Positions 56,566 to 57,897 of a stretch of 57,897 bases of DNA are shown piece by piece (position 1 is the first letter of the stretch; every line of letters begins with the position of its first letter). The notes under the pieces are model-generated. The model searched no databases. It was not told where the DNA came from and saw only the letters and a list, made by a program, of their open reading frames with translations. Source of the stretch: Candidatus Faecimonas intestinavium (GTDB lineage Bacteria; Bacillota_I; Bacilli_A; RF39; UBA660); NCBI GenBank assembly GCA_018716045.1, contig DVKL01000013.1, forward strand, positions 1 to 57,897. The letters are read 5' to 3'. A program made the position numbers and the translations under genes.

Positions 56566-57210
56566 CTATTGCTCTTTATTTTCAGAAGTTTGTAATTCTT
56601 TATTTAAGTAAAGGGTAGGATTTACCACAGTTCCGTTTACATATAATTCAAAGTGTAGATGATTTCCCATGTCTTTATCTAATTCGTTTGTTCCACTTTT
56701 TCCTATTACCTGACCTTGTGTTACCATATCTCCCTTTTTTACACTTACTTCTGATAGACTTTGATAGATGCTGATGTAACCGTTTTCATGTTTTATTTCT
56801 ACTACTTTTCCTAATGTTTCGTCTTCTTTGACATCTGTCACACTTCCGTCTAGCACCGCTACTACATCAAAAACTTTTTCACCTACAAAATCTGTACCAG
56901 AGTTTTGCATATATGTGTTGTCATGATATACAATTGATTTTTCTTGTGTCTCTGCATCTGCTTTATAGTCATAATAATTTTTACCTATACTTACAGTTGT
57001 ATCTGTATATGGATTAATCATCATTGTGCTTTCTTTTATCACTGGCTGTTCTTCTTCTAATACTGTACTTGTTACATAACTTGTCAATTCATCTTCGGAA
57101 GTATCTTTTTGTAGATTGCTTCTTAACATAGCAGTTCCAAACATTACACTAACAATTGCTAAAGTCATTATAGTTGGTAAGACATATGGTTTTAATTTTC
57201 TTCTTTTCAT
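56566..57210 (-). CDS. spoIIQ: SpoIIQ-like membrane-anchored degenerate LytM (M23) protein
   Basis: N-terminal TM anchor. VVEIKHENGYISIYQSLSEVSVKKGDMVTQGQVIGKSG...GNHLHFE closely parallels B. subtilis SpoIIQ as I recall it. The HxxxD histidine is replaced (NSGTD). Confidence 0.65.
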   Translation of the reverse strand: MKRRKLKPYVLPTIMTLAIVSVMFGTAMLRSNLQKDTSEDELTSYVTSTVLEEEQPVIKESTMMINPYTDTTVSIGKNYYDYKADAETQEKSIVYHDNTYMQNSGTDFVGEKVFDVVAVLDGSVTDVKEDETLGKVVEIKHENGYISIYQSLSEVSVKKGDMVTQGQVIGKSGTNELDKDMGNHLHFELYVNGTVVNPTLYLNKELQTSENKEQ

Positions 57211-57261
57211 TTTTTTCACCTCATTATAAGTTTTAACCAAAAAAAAAGATTTATACTTCTT

Positions 57262-57459
57262 TTAAAATATTTTTGAAGAAATAAATAAATCCATTAAAAA
57301 ATTGGTGACTAAATAAATTAGTGAAAGTCCTAGCAAGAAGTAAAATACTCTTGCTTGAATTACGTGATTTTTTTTAAATATTTGATTAATATTTACAGCA
57401 TCCATTGCCCAAATAACAACTACAGTTACAAATGCATATAGTAATAGTTTCCCTAACAT
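57262..57459 (-). CDS. small two-TM membrane protein (DUF1146/YwzB-like)
   Basis: 65 aa with two hydrophobic helices. Overlaps the rpiB stop. Confidence 0.55.
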   Translation of the reverse strand: MLGKLLLYAFVTVVVIWAMDAVNINQIFKKNHVIQARVFYFLLGLSLIYLVTNFLMDLFISSKIF

Positions 57460-57897
57460 TGTTCTTCCTCGTATTCTTTTATTTTTTGTCTACGACGAAC
57501 ATGTTTTTCTTCTTCTGATGCTTTTGTCTCTATGAATATTGTTATTAATTCTACTGCTTTTTCTAGTGGCATTTTTTCACCAAAAGCAATAATATTAGAA
57601 TCATTATCTACTCTTGTTGCAATTGCTTCCTCTTTTGTATCTACTTTTGCACAGCGAACTCCCTTTACTTTATTACAAGCTATACTAATTCCAATTCCTG
57701 TTCCACAGATTGCTATTCCGAAATCAACGTCTTTGTCTGCAACTAAGTTCCCTAATTTAAAAGCATAATCTGGATAATCCACAGATTCTTCTGATGTTGT
57801 TCCACAGTCTGTAATATCATATTGATTCATTAATCTATCAATTATTTGCTCTTTTAATATATAACCTCTATGGTCGCTTGCTATTCCTATTTTTATA
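57453..57897 (-). CDS. rpiB: ribose-5-phosphate isomerase B (N-terminus at or just beyond the window edge)
   Basis: The frame stays open upstream of the track Met and reads IKIGIASDHRGYILKEQIIDRL MNQYDITDCG...CGTGIGISIACNK. The start codon lies outside the window. Confidence 0.88.
   Translation of the reverse strand, partial: IKIGIASDHRGYILKEQIIDRLMNQYDITDCGTTSEESVDYPDYAFKLGNLVADKDVDFGIAICGTGIGISIACNKVKGVRCAKVDTKEEAIATRVDNDSNIIAFGEKMPLEKAVELITIFIETKASEEEKHVRRRQKIKEYEEEQC

Noticed and set aside
1-57897. Search for tRNA, rRNA, CRISPR arrays, riboswitch or T-box leaders, IS elements, integrases and prophage genes
   Set aside because: I saw none. The intergenic regions are short, mostly under 200 nt, and are explained by promoters and terminators. 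There are no spaced repeat arrays and no transposase- or recombinase-like ORFs. This was a visual scan only and not exhaustive.

Overview
The window is a low-GC Bacillota-type chromosomal segment, probably from a spore-former of the Erysipelotrichia or Clostridia kind (this placement is inference). Almost every real gene is on the minus strand, and most plus-strand ORFs in the track are antisense artefacts.

The backbone is housekeeping:
- a glycolytic cluster, gap-pgk-tpiA...gpmI, unusually interrupted by spo0A, an AAA ATPase and a small GNAT-like ORF
- clpP, whiA-yvcK-lgt, and uvrA and uvrB (separated by two inserted genes)
- ftsE-ftsX with an M23 hydrolase, and two YitT paralogs
- prfB, with its classical +1 programmed frameshift, which the ORF track splits
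- secA, hpf, a csp, an agr-type quorum-sensing locus, tagO-like, mreB, a spoIIQ-like gene and rpiB

I saw no rRNA, tRNA, CRISPR array, transposase or integrase.

Best candidate for an undescribed system: a tightly packed, translationally coupled five-gene operon at 38155-43097. It sits in a roughly 9.6 kb accessory block that separates secA from prfB. It encodes:
- a zinc-ribbon/TM/leucine-rich-repeat protein
- a long radical SAM/SPASM enzyme with an unrecognised C-terminal domain
- a 117-aa protein ending in 13 consecutive Asn
- a double zinc-ribbon membrane protein
- a NADAR-domain protein

The adjacent genes have a nucleotide/ADP-ribose flavour: two NUDIX hydrolases, an HD phosphohydrolase and a TsaC-like protein.

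Secondary observations:
- a radical SAM/SPASM gene plus a 643-aa HExxH protein wedged between uvrB and uvrA
- an 835-aa protein whose C-terminus looks like a catalytically dead RNase II/R (RNB) domain
- perfect Spo0A boxes at regulatory positions, including a tandem pair upstream of agrB
- an unannotated 40-codon agrD

All family assignments come from motif recognition by eye. No searches were run.
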